The notes below the pieces were generated by a model. The model made no database searches, had not been told where the DNA came from, and saw nothing but the letters and a program-made list of their open reading frames with translations. The translations under genes and the position numbers were made by a program. This document shows positions 18,756-29,078 of a DNA stretch of 61,623 nt, piece after piece; position 1 is the first letter of the stretch; every line of letters begins with the position of its first letter. This DNA comes from a virus (lineage: Duplodnaviria; Caudoviricetes), in IMG/VR virus record IMGVR_UViG_3300030061_004427, positions 1 to 61,623 of that record; one strand, 5' to 3'.

Positions 18756-18998
18756 TTATTTCTTTTTGGATTTTGTTCTACTCTTTTTCTTTTTCTTTTT
18801 CTTCTTTTTTGATACACCGGCTCTTCTTTGCATTGCACCAAGAGCAAAAGGTCTTCTAGCATCACCAGGAGCATATAAACCTGGACCAGAAAATTGAGAT
18901 TGATCCCAACTACCTAACACACCACCAGATCCAGCGACGTTACCTCCGTCTTCTTCTGATAACAAAGCTTTTAAAAATGCGTTTTGGTAGATTGACAT
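18756..18998 (-). CDS. small basic protein with poly-Lys tail
   Basis: YAPGDAR.P and K9 tail; TAAATC-N5-ATG. Confidence 0.7.
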   Translation of the reverse strand: MSIYQNAFLKALLSEEDGGNVAGSGGVLGSWDQSQFSGPGLYAPGDARRPFALGAMQRRAGVSKKKKKKKKKSRTKSKKK

Positions 18999-19027
18999 TA
19001 GCTGATTTAAGTAATAATATTTAATAG

Positions 19028-19426
19028 ATGTCTGAAATTATACACAAGTACCAAGAAGAACTTAATGAGCATTTGGTAATAGATGAATTTACCTTAAAAG
19101 ATGTACAATTACAACTTCCCGGTAGAAGACATATTTGGGTTGGTCGATTAATGAGACACAAACACGAAGTAAACCAACTCAAAAAACAAAAAATTGCAAG
19201 CCTTGCAGATCTTACGGGTAAAATCCAAGAACAAAGTAATGTAAGATTATCTACACCGGCTGCTGAAAAAGTTGCTGAAAATTCCGAAATAGTAAAGAAA
19301 ATAAATAGCAATATACAAGAACAGTACCTAGTAATTGAATATCTCGAAAAAGTAGAAAAAATTATGGGGTCGATCGGGTTTGATATAAGAAATATTATAG
19401 AAATACAAAAACTTGAAACGCAATGA
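19028..19426 (+). CDS. uvsY: recombination mediator protein
   Basis: QEEL...L.ID...L, W..., GFDIRNIIE..K.E resemble T4 UvsY; 132 aa. Confidence 0.8.
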   Translation: MSEIIHKYQEELNEHLVIDEFTLKDVQLQLPGRRHIWVGRLMRHKHEVNQLKKQKIASLADLTGKIQEQSNVRLSTPAAEKVAENSEIVKKINSNIQEQYLVIEYLEKVEKIMGSIGFDIRNIIEIQKLETQ

Positions 19427-19902
19427 TTGAAATAAGATTGATACTATTTGATATTGATGGGGTTTTAACGGACGGAACAGCTGCATACAATGAAAAGGGT
19501 GAAGTTATATCCAAAAGTTATAATCAAAAGGATATTACAGCTTTGAGACGGTTTCAAAATGAGTTAGGAATTAATATAGCTTTATTTTCTGGTAGTTTAG
19601 ACATTAATCCAGCATTTGCCGAAAGAAGAAAGTTCGATTTCATTAGTGTAAAACATAGATTTGGTGAAAATAAGTCTACCAAGTTAAATGATATATGTTT
19701 TGACTATAATACACCCAAATCACAAGTAGCATTTGTGGGTGATGATGTACAAGACTTGGATATAATGAAAGAAGTTGAATATGCTTTTTGTCCTAAAGAT
19801 GCTATTCCAGAAGTACAAAAAATATCATGTGTTTTACCTGTAAATGGTGGTTGTGGTGTTGCAGCTCATTTATTTGAATATATTAAAAACACGAATAACT
19901 AA
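19423..19902 (+). CDS. KdsC-like HAD phosphatase
   Basis: FDIDGVLTDG, K, FVGDDVQD, P.DA, GG.G. Confidence 0.85.
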   Translation: MIEIRLILFDIDGVLTDGTAAYNEKGEVISKSYNQKDITALRRFQNELGINIALFSGSLDINPAFAERRKFDFISVKHRFGENKSTKLNDICFDYNTPKSQVAFVGDDVQDLDIMKEVEYAFCPKDAIPEVQKISCVLPVNGGCGVAAHLFEYIKNTNN

Positions 19903-19908
19903 TAAAGA

Positions 19909-20625
19909 ATGAACGTTGTTATTCCAATGGCTGGCAAGTCAACAGCTTTTAAAGAAGCTGGAATTGAAACACCCAAACCTTTTCTTGATATTAAAGGAAA
20001 AACCATGGTTCAACGGGCTTATGAAAGTATTGGTATAGATGCTAACTACTATTTTATAATTTTAAGAGAACACGAAGAAAAATATGGTGTATATGACTTA
20101 ATTCATAAGTTTTGCCCTGATGCTAAAGTGTTATACGTTGAAGAAGTCACAAGTGGACCGGCGGAAACGCTTTTTGTCAGTAAAAAATTTATTCCTAACA
20201 ATGAACCCATTATACAAACTAACGTGGATCAAATTCTAGATTGGGAACCAAAACGGTTTTTACAATATATTAAAAAAGAAAAACCAGATAGCGCAGTAGT
20301 AACAAAATATACAGTAGACCCTCATTATAGTTTTATAAGAGTTGATCAATTTAATAACGGTGAGTTATTAAAAGAAAAAGAAGTGTGCTCTTGTCATGGG
20401 TTAATTGGTACTCATTACTGGAAAAAAGCTAAATACTTTTTTGATTCTTTTCTTGGAGCTAAAAAGAAAGGATATAGATATAATGACGAAATTTACGTTT
20501 CGTTAACTTTTAATGATCTTATAGATCGTGGTTTAACTGTTAAAAATTATTGTTTAAAGCAACATGAAATACAACATGTTATAGGAAGCCCGGATGAACT
20601 TAAAATATATGAAGGGAAACTTTGA
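19909..20625 (+). CDS. sugar nucleotidyltransferase (NTP transferase)
   Basis: VVIPMAG...F...G...PKP, T.G.AET, N.DQ, EK, E.Y.S. Confidence 0.8.
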   Translation: MNVVIPMAGKSTAFKEAGIETPKPFLDIKGKTMVQRAYESIGIDANYYFIILREHEEKYGVYDLIHKFCPDAKVLYVEEVTSGPAETLFVSKKFIPNNEPIIQTNVDQILDWEPKRFLQYIKKEKPDSAVVTKYTVDPHYSFIRVDQFNNGELLKEKEVCSCHGLIGTHYWKKAKYFFDSFLGAKKKGYRYNDEIYVSLTFNDLIDRGLTVKNYCLKQHEIQHVIGSPDELKIYEGKL

Positions 20626-21418
20626 TTGTTCGATACTTGTTTTAAGTTCTGATGCATATCAGCCAATACTTAAAATATGGGACTTTTATCATCAGAAAAA
20701 CTGGAAATGCCCGTACAACGTCTATACCGTTTCAAATAAAAAACACTATGAAAGTAAAAATGTAGAATGTATTGTTACTGGTGTTAAGTGGGAAGAAAAT
20801 GCTTCTCATTTTAAACCTATGGTACTACAAGGTCTTAAAAAAATCACCACCAAATATGTGTTGTTTATGGTGGAAGATCAAATAATAGTTAATCCAGTTA
20901 TATCAGAAAACTTCTACCACGCTCTAAATTTTATGGAACGTAATGACATCACCAAACTTCGTTGTTTATCAATGCCCGAACCAGACTTACCACTAGAAGG
21001 TAATCCTGAAGGACCTATAACTAATGAAAACTTTGGAATGATATCTAAAAATAACGAATATAGAAATTCATTACAAGCAGCAATATGGAACAAAGAAAGA
21101 ATTACTGAACTTTTAAACAGTACCGAGGGTGATTTTTCGGGGTGGCATTTAGAAACAGATAAAACCTTAAAAAAATATTCTAAAAAATGGAAATATGTTG
21201 CATGTCGACAAGGTAAAGGTGGTACATTGTTAAGTAGAAACGAAGGACAAACAGATTCCCCGTTGTTACAATACGTAGAACTGGTAAGGTGGGGTAAATT
21301 AGACAGGCTTTACTATGATTACTTCAAAGAAATGTTTGAAAAAGATGGAATAGACGTAACCTCTAAGGAATACGAACCATTTGGAGGTAATTTAACTAAG
21401 GAAGAACTACCAGAATAG
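20609..21418 (+). CDS. glycosyltransferase-like protein of the type found in capsule loci
   Basis: ILVLSSDAY...W, VLFMVED, SLQAAIW, W..E. Confidence 0.55.
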   Translation: MKGNFDCSILVLSSDAYQPILKIWDFYHQKNWKCPYNVYTVSNKKHYESKNVECIVTGVKWEENASHFKPMVLQGLKKITTKYVLFMVEDQIIVNPVISENFYHALNFMERNDITKLRCLSMPEPDLPLEGNPEGPITNENFGMISKNNEYRNSLQAAIWNKERITELLNSTEGDFSGWHLETDKTLKKYSKKWKYVACRQGKGGTLLSRNEGQTDSPLLQYVELVRWGKLDRLYYDYFKEMFEKDGIDVTSKEYEPFGGNLTKEELPE

Positions 21419-21432
21419 ATTAAATAAGTGTC

Positions 21433-21741
21433 ATGAACACTATTAGAAGGATTGGCGTATGGTCCTGTGCAAAGGTATACGCAGTGGTAGGGTTATTAAC
21501 AGGAGGCCTTTTAGGAGGTTTAATTATCCTTGCTACTTTATTCGGTGGAGCTGCCGGTATGGCTAGCGGCTTAACAGGAATGGAAGCAGGAACAGGTATT
21601 GCTGGTGCATTATTGGCTACCGGTTTTATGATTGTTGCATATGGCATCGGTGGTTTAGTAGCCGGTGTATTTACTGCATTATTTGGTAATTTAGCTCTTA
21701 AACTATGCGGAGGGTTAGAAATAAAAATTGATGCCCCTTAA
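21433..21741 (+). CDS. DUF3566-like membrane protein
   Basis: IRRIGVWS.AK, two Gly-rich TM helices, N.....GGLEI; TAAATA-N6-ATG. Confidence 0.65.
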   Translation: MNTIRRIGVWSCAKVYAVVGLLTGGLLGGLIILATLFGGAAGMASGLTGMEAGTGIAGALLATGFMIVAYGIGGLVAGVFTALFGNLALKLCGGLEIKIDAP

Positions 21742-21774
21742 TAAAAACAGGGAGTTTCCATTAAATAGATAGCA

Positions 21775-22065
21775 ATGAAAAAACTACATAAAGTCGGGGT
21801 GCTGTCATTAGCAAACATACTAGCGTTGCTTGGGGCATTAACAGGAGCAATTAAGGTCGCGGTTTTTCCAGTATTAGCTTTAGTAGCTGGTGGTGGTTTA
21901 GGTGATCTTGATGCTGCAATTAACACAATCGGGGAATCCGTTACAGCTAACATTAAAGATGTTATATCATTTGCTGTTGCAGGGTGGCTCGGTGGAGCAG
22001 TTTATGGGTATCTCATAAACATAGTATTGGGTTGGCGTGATGGATTAGATGTAGAAGTTAAGTAA
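21775..22065 (+). CDS. DUF3566-like membrane protein (tandem paralog)
   Basis: LHKVGVLS.A, TM helices, N.....GLDVEV; TAAATA-N7-ATG. Confidence 0.6.
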   Translation: MKKLHKVGVLSLANILALLGALTGAIKVAVFPVLALVAGGGLGDLDAAINTIGESVTANIKDVISFAVAGWLGGAVYGYLINIVLGWRDGLDVEVK

Positions 22066-22357
22066 CTTTATCAATTATTTGATGTACGTTATCCCAGGAC
22101 ACCCTGTCTATTATTAGGCAGGGTTGTTTTTTCTTAGTAACCGATATTCTATAACCATACACTTGTTCATGTGGACATACTATTTCATTTACAAAATCCC
22201 ACAAATGGGTTCTTTTTAACCAGTGAAAATACATATCTTTGTTTTCTCTTTTAGCTTCTAAAATAAATTCTTGTTGTGAAACCAATAGAAGGGCTCTTAG
22301 CGCACCGCTTTCGGAAGGTGGTTCAACTATCCCTTCGAAGAATATAAAGGGTACCAT
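22058..22357 (-). CDS. hypothetical late protein
   Basis: TAAATA (22363-68)-N5-ATG. Confidence 0.6.
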   Translation of the reverse strand: MVPFIFFEGIVEPPSESGALRALLLVSQQEFILEAKRENKDMYFHWLKRTHLWDFVNEIVCPHEQVYGYRISVTKKKQPCLIIDRVSWDNVHQIIDKVT

Positions 22358-22370
22358 TTAAATATTTATC

Positions 22371-22398
22371 TTGAAAACCCTAGTTAATTTCATATAAT
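22371..22398 (+). promoter_or_regulatory. sigma70-like promoter for uvsW
   Basis: TTGAAA-N16-TATAAT-N7-ATG. Confidence 0.7.
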
Positions 22399-22405
22399 TA
22401 AAACA

Positions 22406-23845
22406 ATGGCAATTTTTAATTACGATAAACGTAAACGCCAAGCAGTATTAAAATCCGAAAATATAAATTTCATAAGAGAACATTTTTCTTTTGAAAATGA
22501 AGGAGCCCGTTTTGCTAGAAGGTATGGAAGATATATGCCTGCTAGAACATATGTAATAACACCTGCCGGGAAATATGAAGTTGGATTAACAGCTAATATA
22601 ATAAAGTTTATTAAGAAGGAATTTCCATCAGAAAAAATTCAATTAGAAGAATCAATTATTAATGCAATTAAACCTCAAATGCAGTTTGGTGATAATGGAA
22701 AGTTAAGCTTAGAATTAAGAGATTATCAAAAAGAAATTGTAGTAGAGTGTTTAGATAAAGGCCGGGGTGTTGTAATGTTAGCAACTGCGGGTGGTAAAAC
22801 ACTAACGATGGCAAGTATGCTTGAAAAGCTATATCAAAAATCAAAACAAGATACATGGAAAGCTCTTATTATCGTTCCTGACTTAGGATTGGTAAATCAA
22901 ACGTTTGATGATTTTACCAAATATGAATGTACTTTTTCTTTTGGTAAATGGACTGGTAATATACCCGTTGACATGACTAAAAATGTTATAGTTGCTAATT
23001 TAGGTATTTTACAAAGTGATAAAACCGATTTAGAATGGATACAGTATATAGACGTATTAGTGATAGACGAATGTCATAAAGTAAGACGATCAAATAAAGT
23101 AAACAAAATAATAAAAAGTATACAAACAGAAAATAAATTTGGCTTTACAGGTACTCTTCCCGATAATAATGCAGATCAATGGAATATTATCGGGAAGATT
23201 GGTCCAATTATATATCAAAAGAAAAGTTACGAGTTAAGAATAGAAAATTATGTAACCAATGCCGTAGCTCAAGTAGTAAAGCTTCATTACAAAAAACAAC
23301 CTAACTATTCAATTGATATATCAGACCCAGGAGAAAGATATAGACAAGAATTTGAATTTTTATTTGAAAATCAATTTAGAAATGCTATAATAAAGAAGTT
23401 ATCAACAGGTGTTAAAAACAATTCACTTATATTAGTAGATTATATTAAACACGGTGAAGCACTTTTTGAAGAATTAAATAAGAATGATCAAGGAAAGAAA
23501 ATATATTTTATAAGAGGTGAAGTAGATGTTGAAGAGCGTGATAAAGTTAAAAAACTCATTGAGCGGGATAATAATATTATTTGTATTGCAATTAGCAGGA
23601 TTTTCTCAACTGGTATTAGCATTAATAATCTTCATTACATTATTTTTGCTAGCGGTGGTAAAGCAAAAATTAAAATCCTTCAGTCAATTGGTCGTGGGCT
23701 TCGTTTGCACGAAAGCAAAAACAAACTAGTTATAGTCGATATTGCTGACCAGTTAAGATATGGTAAAGCTCATTCAGACAAAAGAATCGACCTTTATACA
23801 TCTGAAAATATTAACGTTAAAATATCTGATTTTTATGAAAAATAA
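22406..23845 (+). CDS. uvsW: SF2 DNA helicase
   Basis: LRDYQ, ATAGGKT, DECH, GFTGT, STGI, QSIGRGLR. Confidence 0.93.
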   Translation: MAIFNYDKRKRQAVLKSENINFIREHFSFENEGARFARRYGRYMPARTYVITPAGKYEVGLTANIIKFIKKEFPSEKIQLEESIINAIKPQMQFGDNGKLSLELRDYQKEIVVECLDKGRGVVMLATAGGKTLTMASMLEKLYQKSKQDTWKALIIVPDLGLVNQTFDDFTKYECTFSFGKWTGNIPVDMTKNVIVANLGILQSDKTDLEWIQYIDVLVIDECHKVRRSNKVNKIIKSIQTENKFGFTGTLPDNNADQWNIIGKIGPIIYQKKSYELRIENYVTNAVAQVVKLHYKKQPNYSIDISDPGERYRQEFEFLFENQFRNAIIKKLSTGVKNNSLILVDYIKHGEALFEELNKNDQGKKIYFIRGEVDVEERDKVKKLIERDNNIICIAISRIFSTGISINNLHYIIFASGGKAKIKILQSIGRGLRLHESKNKLVIVDIADQLRYGKAHSDKRIDLYTSENINVKISDFYEK

Positions 23846-23850
23846 TTTAG

Positions 23851-23878
23851 TTGAACTTTATACTAACTATATTATAAT
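23851..23878 (+). promoter_or_regulatory. sigma70-like promoter for gene 55
   Basis: TTGAAC-N16-TATAAT. Confidence 0.65.
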
Positions 23879-23889
23879 GATACTTAGCC

Positions 23890-24372
23890 ATGCAAGCAAA
23901 AAAGCCTAAAAATGGAGTAAAAATTAAACCAAAGAGTAAAGAACACTACGTTAACTCGAGAGAATTTAAAGAAGCAATTGCAAAATATTATGATACAGAT
24001 GTTTGTAGTGAAGAGTTAGGTGAAATGATTACAAAGATTGCTCATGGTTTAAGTTATGCACCTAACTTTATTAACTACTCTTATAAAGACGAGATGATAG
24101 GTGATGCAGTAGTTAAAATGTTTACAGCTTTGTTTAACAAAAAATTTAACTTAGATGCATGCGATTCAAATGGTAAAAAGTACAACCCATTTTCATATTT
24201 TACTACAATTGCTTTTCACGCGTTTATTAATAGAATTAAAAAAGAAAAAAGGCATCATGAAGCTTTGAACGAGTACAAAGAACGGGTGTATGAAGAAACA
24301 TTAAACTCGGGTGATGAAGCACAACAAAAAGTATATGTCAAGCCTGTGAGTGAAGACGATAATTTTGATTAA
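23890..24372 (+). CDS. 55: late-transcription sigma factor gp55
   Basis: HYVN..EF, IA.GLS..PNFINYSYKDEMIGDA, NPFSYFT.IAF.AFI.RIKKEK. Confidence 0.93.
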   Translation: MQAKKPKNGVKIKPKSKEHYVNSREFKEAIAKYYDTDVCSEELGEMITKIAHGLSYAPNFINYSYKDEMIGDAVVKMFTALFNKKFNLDACDSNGKKYNPFSYFTTIAFHAFINRIKKEKRHHEALNEYKERVYEETLNSGDEAQQKVYVKPVSEDDNFD

Positions 24373-25376
24373 GCGTAATTTTTAAACTCGTCCCAAATTT
24401 TATAAAAACATTTAATGTGTGATCTATCTTCATCACCAAAATCTACAAAACTGGGATCTCCTTTTATATCATGATTCCATTCCTGGAATTCTAAACAAAA
24501 CTGTTTCCTTAATACGTGGTATGCAGAAAGAATAATTTCTTCTGTAAAAAAGTCTGTTGTAGGTGGTTTTGTTTTACATAAAAGTAATAAAGCTTTTTCA
24601 TAGAATGAAAAGAAGTCTTTAAACTCTGAAGGGTGTATTCCCATCACACCACCAATTACCTGATCTTTAATTGCACTATCTTCTTCCGACAACCCATATT
24701 CTTTTTGCAAAAAGGTCTGCAGTGCTTTTACATGGTGTGCATTATACCACAAGTTACCATGTTTAACTCCAATATATTTGTGTTCGTCTATTAAATTGTT
24801 TATACCTTCCCCTATCTTGGGTGTATACATGTTGTCTTTATTATAAGGGTAATAAATCTTCTTGTTAAAGAAATTATTAATCTCTACACCACCCATACTC
24901 TTCGGATTTAAACCCCAATGAGTTATTCCAGAATCTACCCATAAAAAGTTTTCTGTATCATACGGGTTATCTTCAGCTACTTCTTTAACCCAATACATTT
25001 TACGGTGACATAAAATTTCACACCTTGCGTGGAAAAATCCTGGTTCATCGGGATTCTCTTTTTGTTTTTCAAGAGTAACTTTTTGTTGCCATTTTATTAC
25101 TCTTTTCCTATGAGATAAAATCTGCTTTTTAAATTTAAAGTCCCCTAACTCGCTTACTATTAGTTTAAACTTATTTGGGTGGCCTATATGAACCAAGTAG
25201 TCGAAATACTTCTTTAGTTTAGGGTAGCCATCCTTATCACAATAGATTACTGCTGGGCAGCCAAAATTGTAAATGTTTTGGAAAGATGAAAAGTAGTATT
25301 GTTCACGCCAACACCGTCCTCCTAGTTCACCTTCTCGGTCGCCATAATAGATTGCAGTAACTAACGTTGTATTCAT
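24369..25376 (-). CDS. HtrL/YibB-like glycosyltransferase-family protein
   Basis: TLVTAIY, HRK.YW...A..NPY...F.WVDSG, IGG..G, TEE; start set at MNTTLVT. Confidence 0.65.
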   Translation of the reverse strand: MNTTLVTAIYYGDREGELGGRCWREQYYFSSFQNIYNFGCPAVIYCDKDGYPKLKKYFDYLVHIGHPNKFKLIVSELGDFKFKKQILSHRKRVIKWQQKVTLEKQKENPDEPGFFHARCEILCHRKMYWVKEVAEDNPYDTENFLWVDSGITHWGLNPKSMGGVEINNFFNKKIYYPYNKDNMYTPKIGEGINNLIDEHKYIGVKHGNLWYNAHHVKALQTFLQKEYGLSEEDSAIKDQVIGGVMGIHPSEFKDFFSFYEKALLLLCKTKPPTTDFFTEEIILSAYHVLRKQFCLEFQEWNHDIKGDPSFVDFGDEDRSHIKCFYKIWDEFKNYA

Positions 25377-25401
25377 AAGTTTATATGTTATACTATTTAC
25401 A

Positions 25402-26463
25402 GTGTCTGATATAGAATTCAAACAATCAAAAATCTGTTGTATATCCGATATTCATTTAGGGGTTCATCAAAATAATAGCAGCTGGCACAAAATACTATTA
25501 GATTGGGCACAATGGCTTAATCAACAGCTAGAAAAAAATAAAATCCAAGATATTATGATCTGTGGGGATTTGTTTCATTATAGAGATGAAATAGCAGTTA
25601 ACAGTCTTCACGTTGCTAATGAATTTTTTGATATACTTCACCAATATAATATTGTAATGATAACTGGAAACCATGACTGCTATTACAAAGATAACAGTTT
25701 AGTCAATTCATTGTCTATTCTTAAAGGTAGACCCAACATAACCATTATTGATCAATGTTACAGTACTACTATTTTTGATAAACATGTAACTTTTTGCCCA
25801 TGGGGTACAAAAATAAACGAAATAAAAATTAAAAGTGATATTATTTTTGGTCATTTTGAACTTTTAAATTTTAAAATGAATAATTTTAAAGTGTGTGATC
25901 ATGGTGACTCACCAGAAAAGATTTTAGAAAAAGGAAACAAAGTTATTTCAGGTCACTTTCATTTACGTGATCGTCGCAAATATAAAGATGGTGAAATTTT
26001 ATATCTGGGCAACCCTTTTGAAATGGATTTTGGTGATGCTGGTAGTACAAAAGGTTGGTATGAACTAGATTTTACAACTCTACAAACAACATTTCATCAA
26101 AACAATATATCCCCTAAGCACATAAAGATACCTTTAAGTGATCTTATTAAACATGACGGAATAACAGACGAATTAAAAAATATAGTTAAAGGTAATATAA
26201 TAAAATTAGTTATTGATAAAAATATACAAGCAGATGACTTGGATATTATTATGGTGTGCTTGAATAATTTAAAACCCTTTTCTATTAACGTTGATTACGA
26301 AATTAATTTTAATAAGTTTTCTGTAGAAGGTGAAGTAGAATACGAATATTCGGGTGTCGACTATGAAACAGCTATCACCGATTTCGTTAGTATGTTAGAT
26401 ATTAACAATAAGAACGACGTTATTCAGTATACGATAGATTTATATAAATCATGCAAGGAATAG
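25402..26463 (+). CDS. 47: recombination endonuclease subunit (Mre11/SbcD-like) gp47
   Basis: SDIHLG, GDLF, GNHD, GHFE, SGHFH, YLGNP; TTGTAT-N16-TATACT-N7-GTG. Confidence 0.93.
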   Translation: MSDIEFKQSKICCISDIHLGVHQNNSSWHKILLDWAQWLNQQLEKNKIQDIMICGDLFHYRDEIAVNSLHVANEFFDILHQYNIVMITGNHDCYYKDNSLVNSLSILKGRPNITIIDQCYSTTIFDKHVTFCPWGTKINEIKIKSDIIFGHFELLNFKMNNFKVCDHGDSPEKILEKGNKVISGHFHLRDRRKYKDGEILYLGNPFEMDFGDAGSTKGWYELDFTTLQTTFHQNNISPKHIKIPLSDLIKHDGITDELKNIVKGNIIKLVIDKNIQADDLDIIMVCLNNLKPFSINVDYEINFNKFSVEGEVEYEYSGVDYETAITDFVSMLDINNKNDVIQYTIDLYKSCKE

Positions 26464-27218
26464 GTATAGTATTATTTACATTAGGTGGTAAAAACCTTAA
26501 AAGAGCATTACGTGGCTTAACAGACGTTTTAGATAAAACTGTTGTTGTAAATGACGGTAAAAATGAGGTTGTTGACGAAACTAAAATCAGAAAATATATA
26601 AAACCAGTTTTTACTCAGTACCCATCGTCTTGTTATAACATGGGTATTAGGGAACTTTTAAAAGACGATTCAATTGAACACATTTTCATAATGAATGACT
26701 CAATAGAAGTTATAGATGACACATTATTCCAAGATTATATTGATGTATCAAAGAAAACGAACTTAAAAGCTTTATATTTTTGTAGAGACGATGATGACCC
26801 AAGAGGTACCTTTAAAAATGAAAGACTTAAGATAGATGTAGGTATGGAACCCAATAAAATGACCTTAAACATGGGTACATCTGGCTCTTTAGTGTATCTT
26901 CATAAAGATATTTTTAAGAAAGTAGGTTTCTTTGATGAAAGATTTAGAGCTGCTGTTGAATGGTCTGATATGTGTTATAGAATTTCTCAAAAGAATCTTT
27001 CTACCCCATTTCTTTGGTTTCCACACCTTGAATCAGTACAATCTAAAATTATAGTTGCCGAAAATGACGAAATGTACCAAGATAATATCGAGGATAGGAT
27101 TATTAGAGGTATGAAGTTGTTTTATATGAAGTATAAGTGTCAGATTAGTGACTTAATAAACACATACTCTAAAAAAGACGTAATTCAAAAGCTTAAAAAC
27201 AAAGCTAGATCTTCTTAG
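26451..27218 (+). CDS. GT2-family glycosyltransferase
   Basis: VVNDG, N.G, F.MNDS, VGFFDERF...E..D..YR. Confidence 0.75.
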   Translation: MQGIGIVLFTLGGKNLKRALRGLTDVLDKTVVVNDGKNEVVDETKIRKYIKPVFTQYPSSCYNMGIRELLKDDSIEHIFIMNDSIEVIDDTLFQDYIDVSKKTNLKALYFCRDDDDPRGTFKNERLKIDVGMEPNKMTLNMGTSGSLVYLHKDIFKKVGFFDERFRAAVEWSDMCYRISQKNLSTPFLWFPHLESVQSKIIVAENDEMYQDNIEDRIIRGMKLFYMKYKCQISDLINTYSKKDVIQKLKNKARSS

Positions 27219-27241
27219 GAAATTAGTTATAATAATATTCA

Positions 27242-29062
27242 ATGAAGCAAATCTTCTTCGAAGAGGTCTCTATTCAAAACTTTCTTTCTGTTGGTAACGA
27301 GCCAGTAAAAGTACAATTCAATTGTGGGTTTAACATCATTACTGGTTCTAATAAAGACAAAGAAGACAGACGTAACGGGGTAGGTAAAAGTACTATTGCA
27401 GATTCAATTAATTTCGCTATATTCGGATCGACTTTAAGAGAGCTAAAAAAGGAACTTATTCAAAACAACCTTACTAATGAAACTTGCTCTGTAACACTAG
27501 CATTTAAAGTAGTTACACCCCAAGGCTCAAATGATTATACCATTAATAGAACAATTTCACCTTCAAAATGTTACATATATAAAAATGAACAAGATATTAC
27601 TAGAGATTCTATTATTAATACTAACGAATACATAAAAGATCTTATTAATTGTTCTGAAGATGTATTTCAAAACTGTGTTATAATGACAGTAAACAATACA
27701 ATACCTTTTATGGCAAAGAAAAAGGTAGAAAAAAGAAAATTTATTGAGGGTATTTTTAATTTAGAGATTTTTAGTAATATGATTTCTAATCTTCGTAATG
27801 ACTATAATGAAACAAAGAAAGATTTTGACATTGAATCTACTCGTTACGATGAAAACAATACAACACTTGAAAATTTTAAAAAACAAAAAGATAATCTTCT
27901 AGAAGAAAGAAAGAAGAAGGTTACAAAATACAAAAATAGACAAGAAGATAATCAGCGAGCTCTTTTAGATATAAGAAGTAAATTAACTACTATCGAAAAT
28001 GATGTTATAGAACAAAATGAGTTGTTAATAGAAAAGATTGAAAACAAAATACAAGAATTATCTGGTAAAAAAAGTAAAAGACATTCTGCTATTGGGGGCA
28101 TTAAAGGGGTAATTTCACAAAGCCAAATTTTATTGTCTAAAATAGGTACTGATGAAGAAACATGCCCTACTTGTTTAAGGCAAATTGGTGAACATGACGC
28201 GGATCATATAAACAAGGAAAAAGATCTTATTGAAAAAAGTATTAATAAGTCTAATAATGAAATTAATGACATAAATGCAGAAATTGAATCTATAGTTGAA
28301 ACAGAAAACAAACTAACTACAGGTATACGTAGTATCAGAACTAAAATAAAAGGCATAAACGACGAAATAGCTGATCAAAAAGTATTAAAACAAAAAGCAA
28401 AGCAACTATTAGAATGGCAATCACAACTTAAACTTGATATTAAAGAACTAAAATCAGGTGACTCAAATTTAGATAGTGTAATCGACGACTACTTTAAAAA
28501 AGTAAAAAATATAAAAGATAAACTTGATACGGTAAAGAATAAAATTAATATGCTTGACGTTGTAAAGTACGTTGTATCAGAAGAAGGTGTTAAATCGTAT
28601 ATAGTTAAAAAGATACTCACTGTGTTTAATCAAAAGCTTGCTTATTATCTTAAAAAAATGGATAGTAATTGTATTTGTATTTTTAACGAATATTTCGAAG
28701 AACAAATTATAAATGAAAAAAATAAAATCTGTTCATATTTTAACTTTAGTGGAGCTGAACGAAAAAATATTGATTTGGCTTGCTTATTTGCATTTATGGA
28801 CATAAGAAGGCTTCAAGGTGACGTTGCTTTTAATTTTAGTATGTATGATGAGCTCTTTGATAGTAGTTTAGATGAGAAAGGAGTCGATTTAGTTACTACT
28901 ATATTAAGAGAACGAGTAGAAAAGTATAATGAATGTGTATATGTTATCAGTCATCGAAAAGAAAGTGTAAAAGCAGCAACAGGTGAAGTGATCTATTTAG
29001 AAAAGACAAACGGCATAACACGAAAAGTAGAATATCGAGAAATTGATAAAGATTTACAATGA
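27242..29062 (+). CDS. 46: recombination ATPase (Rad50/SbcC-like) gp46
   Basis: NFLSVGN, NGVGKST, CPTC zinc hook, FSGAE, DELFDSSLD, ISH. Confidence 0.95.
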   Translation: MKQIFFEEVSIQNFLSVGNEPVKVQFNCGFNIITGSNKDKEDRRNGVGKSTIADSINFAIFGSTLRELKKELIQNNLTNETCSVTLAFKVVTPQGSNDYTINRTISPSKCYIYKNEQDITRDSIINTNEYIKDLINCSEDVFQNCVIMTVNNTIPFMAKKKVEKRKFIEGIFNLEIFSNMISNLRNDYNETKKDFDIESTRYDENNTTLENFKKQKDNLLEERKKKVTKYKNRQEDNQRALLDIRSKLTTIENDVIEQNELLIEKIENKIQELSGKKSKRHSAIGGIKGVISQSQILLSKIGTDEETCPTCLRQIGEHDADHINKEKDLIEKSINKSNNEINDINAEIESIVETENKLTTGIRSIRTKIKGINDEIADQKVLKQKAKQLLEWQSQLKLDIKELKSGDSNLDSVIDDYFKKVKNIKDKLDTVKNKINMLDVVKYVVSEEGVKSYIVKKILTVFNQKLAYYLKKMDSNCICIFNEYFEEQIINEKNKICSYFNFSGAERKNIDLACLFAFMDIRRLQGDVAFNFSMYDELFDSSLDEKGVDLVTTILRERVEKYNECVYVISHRKESVKAATGEVIYLEKTNGITRKVEYREIDKDLQ

Positions 29063-29078
29063 AGTAAATATATCAACA

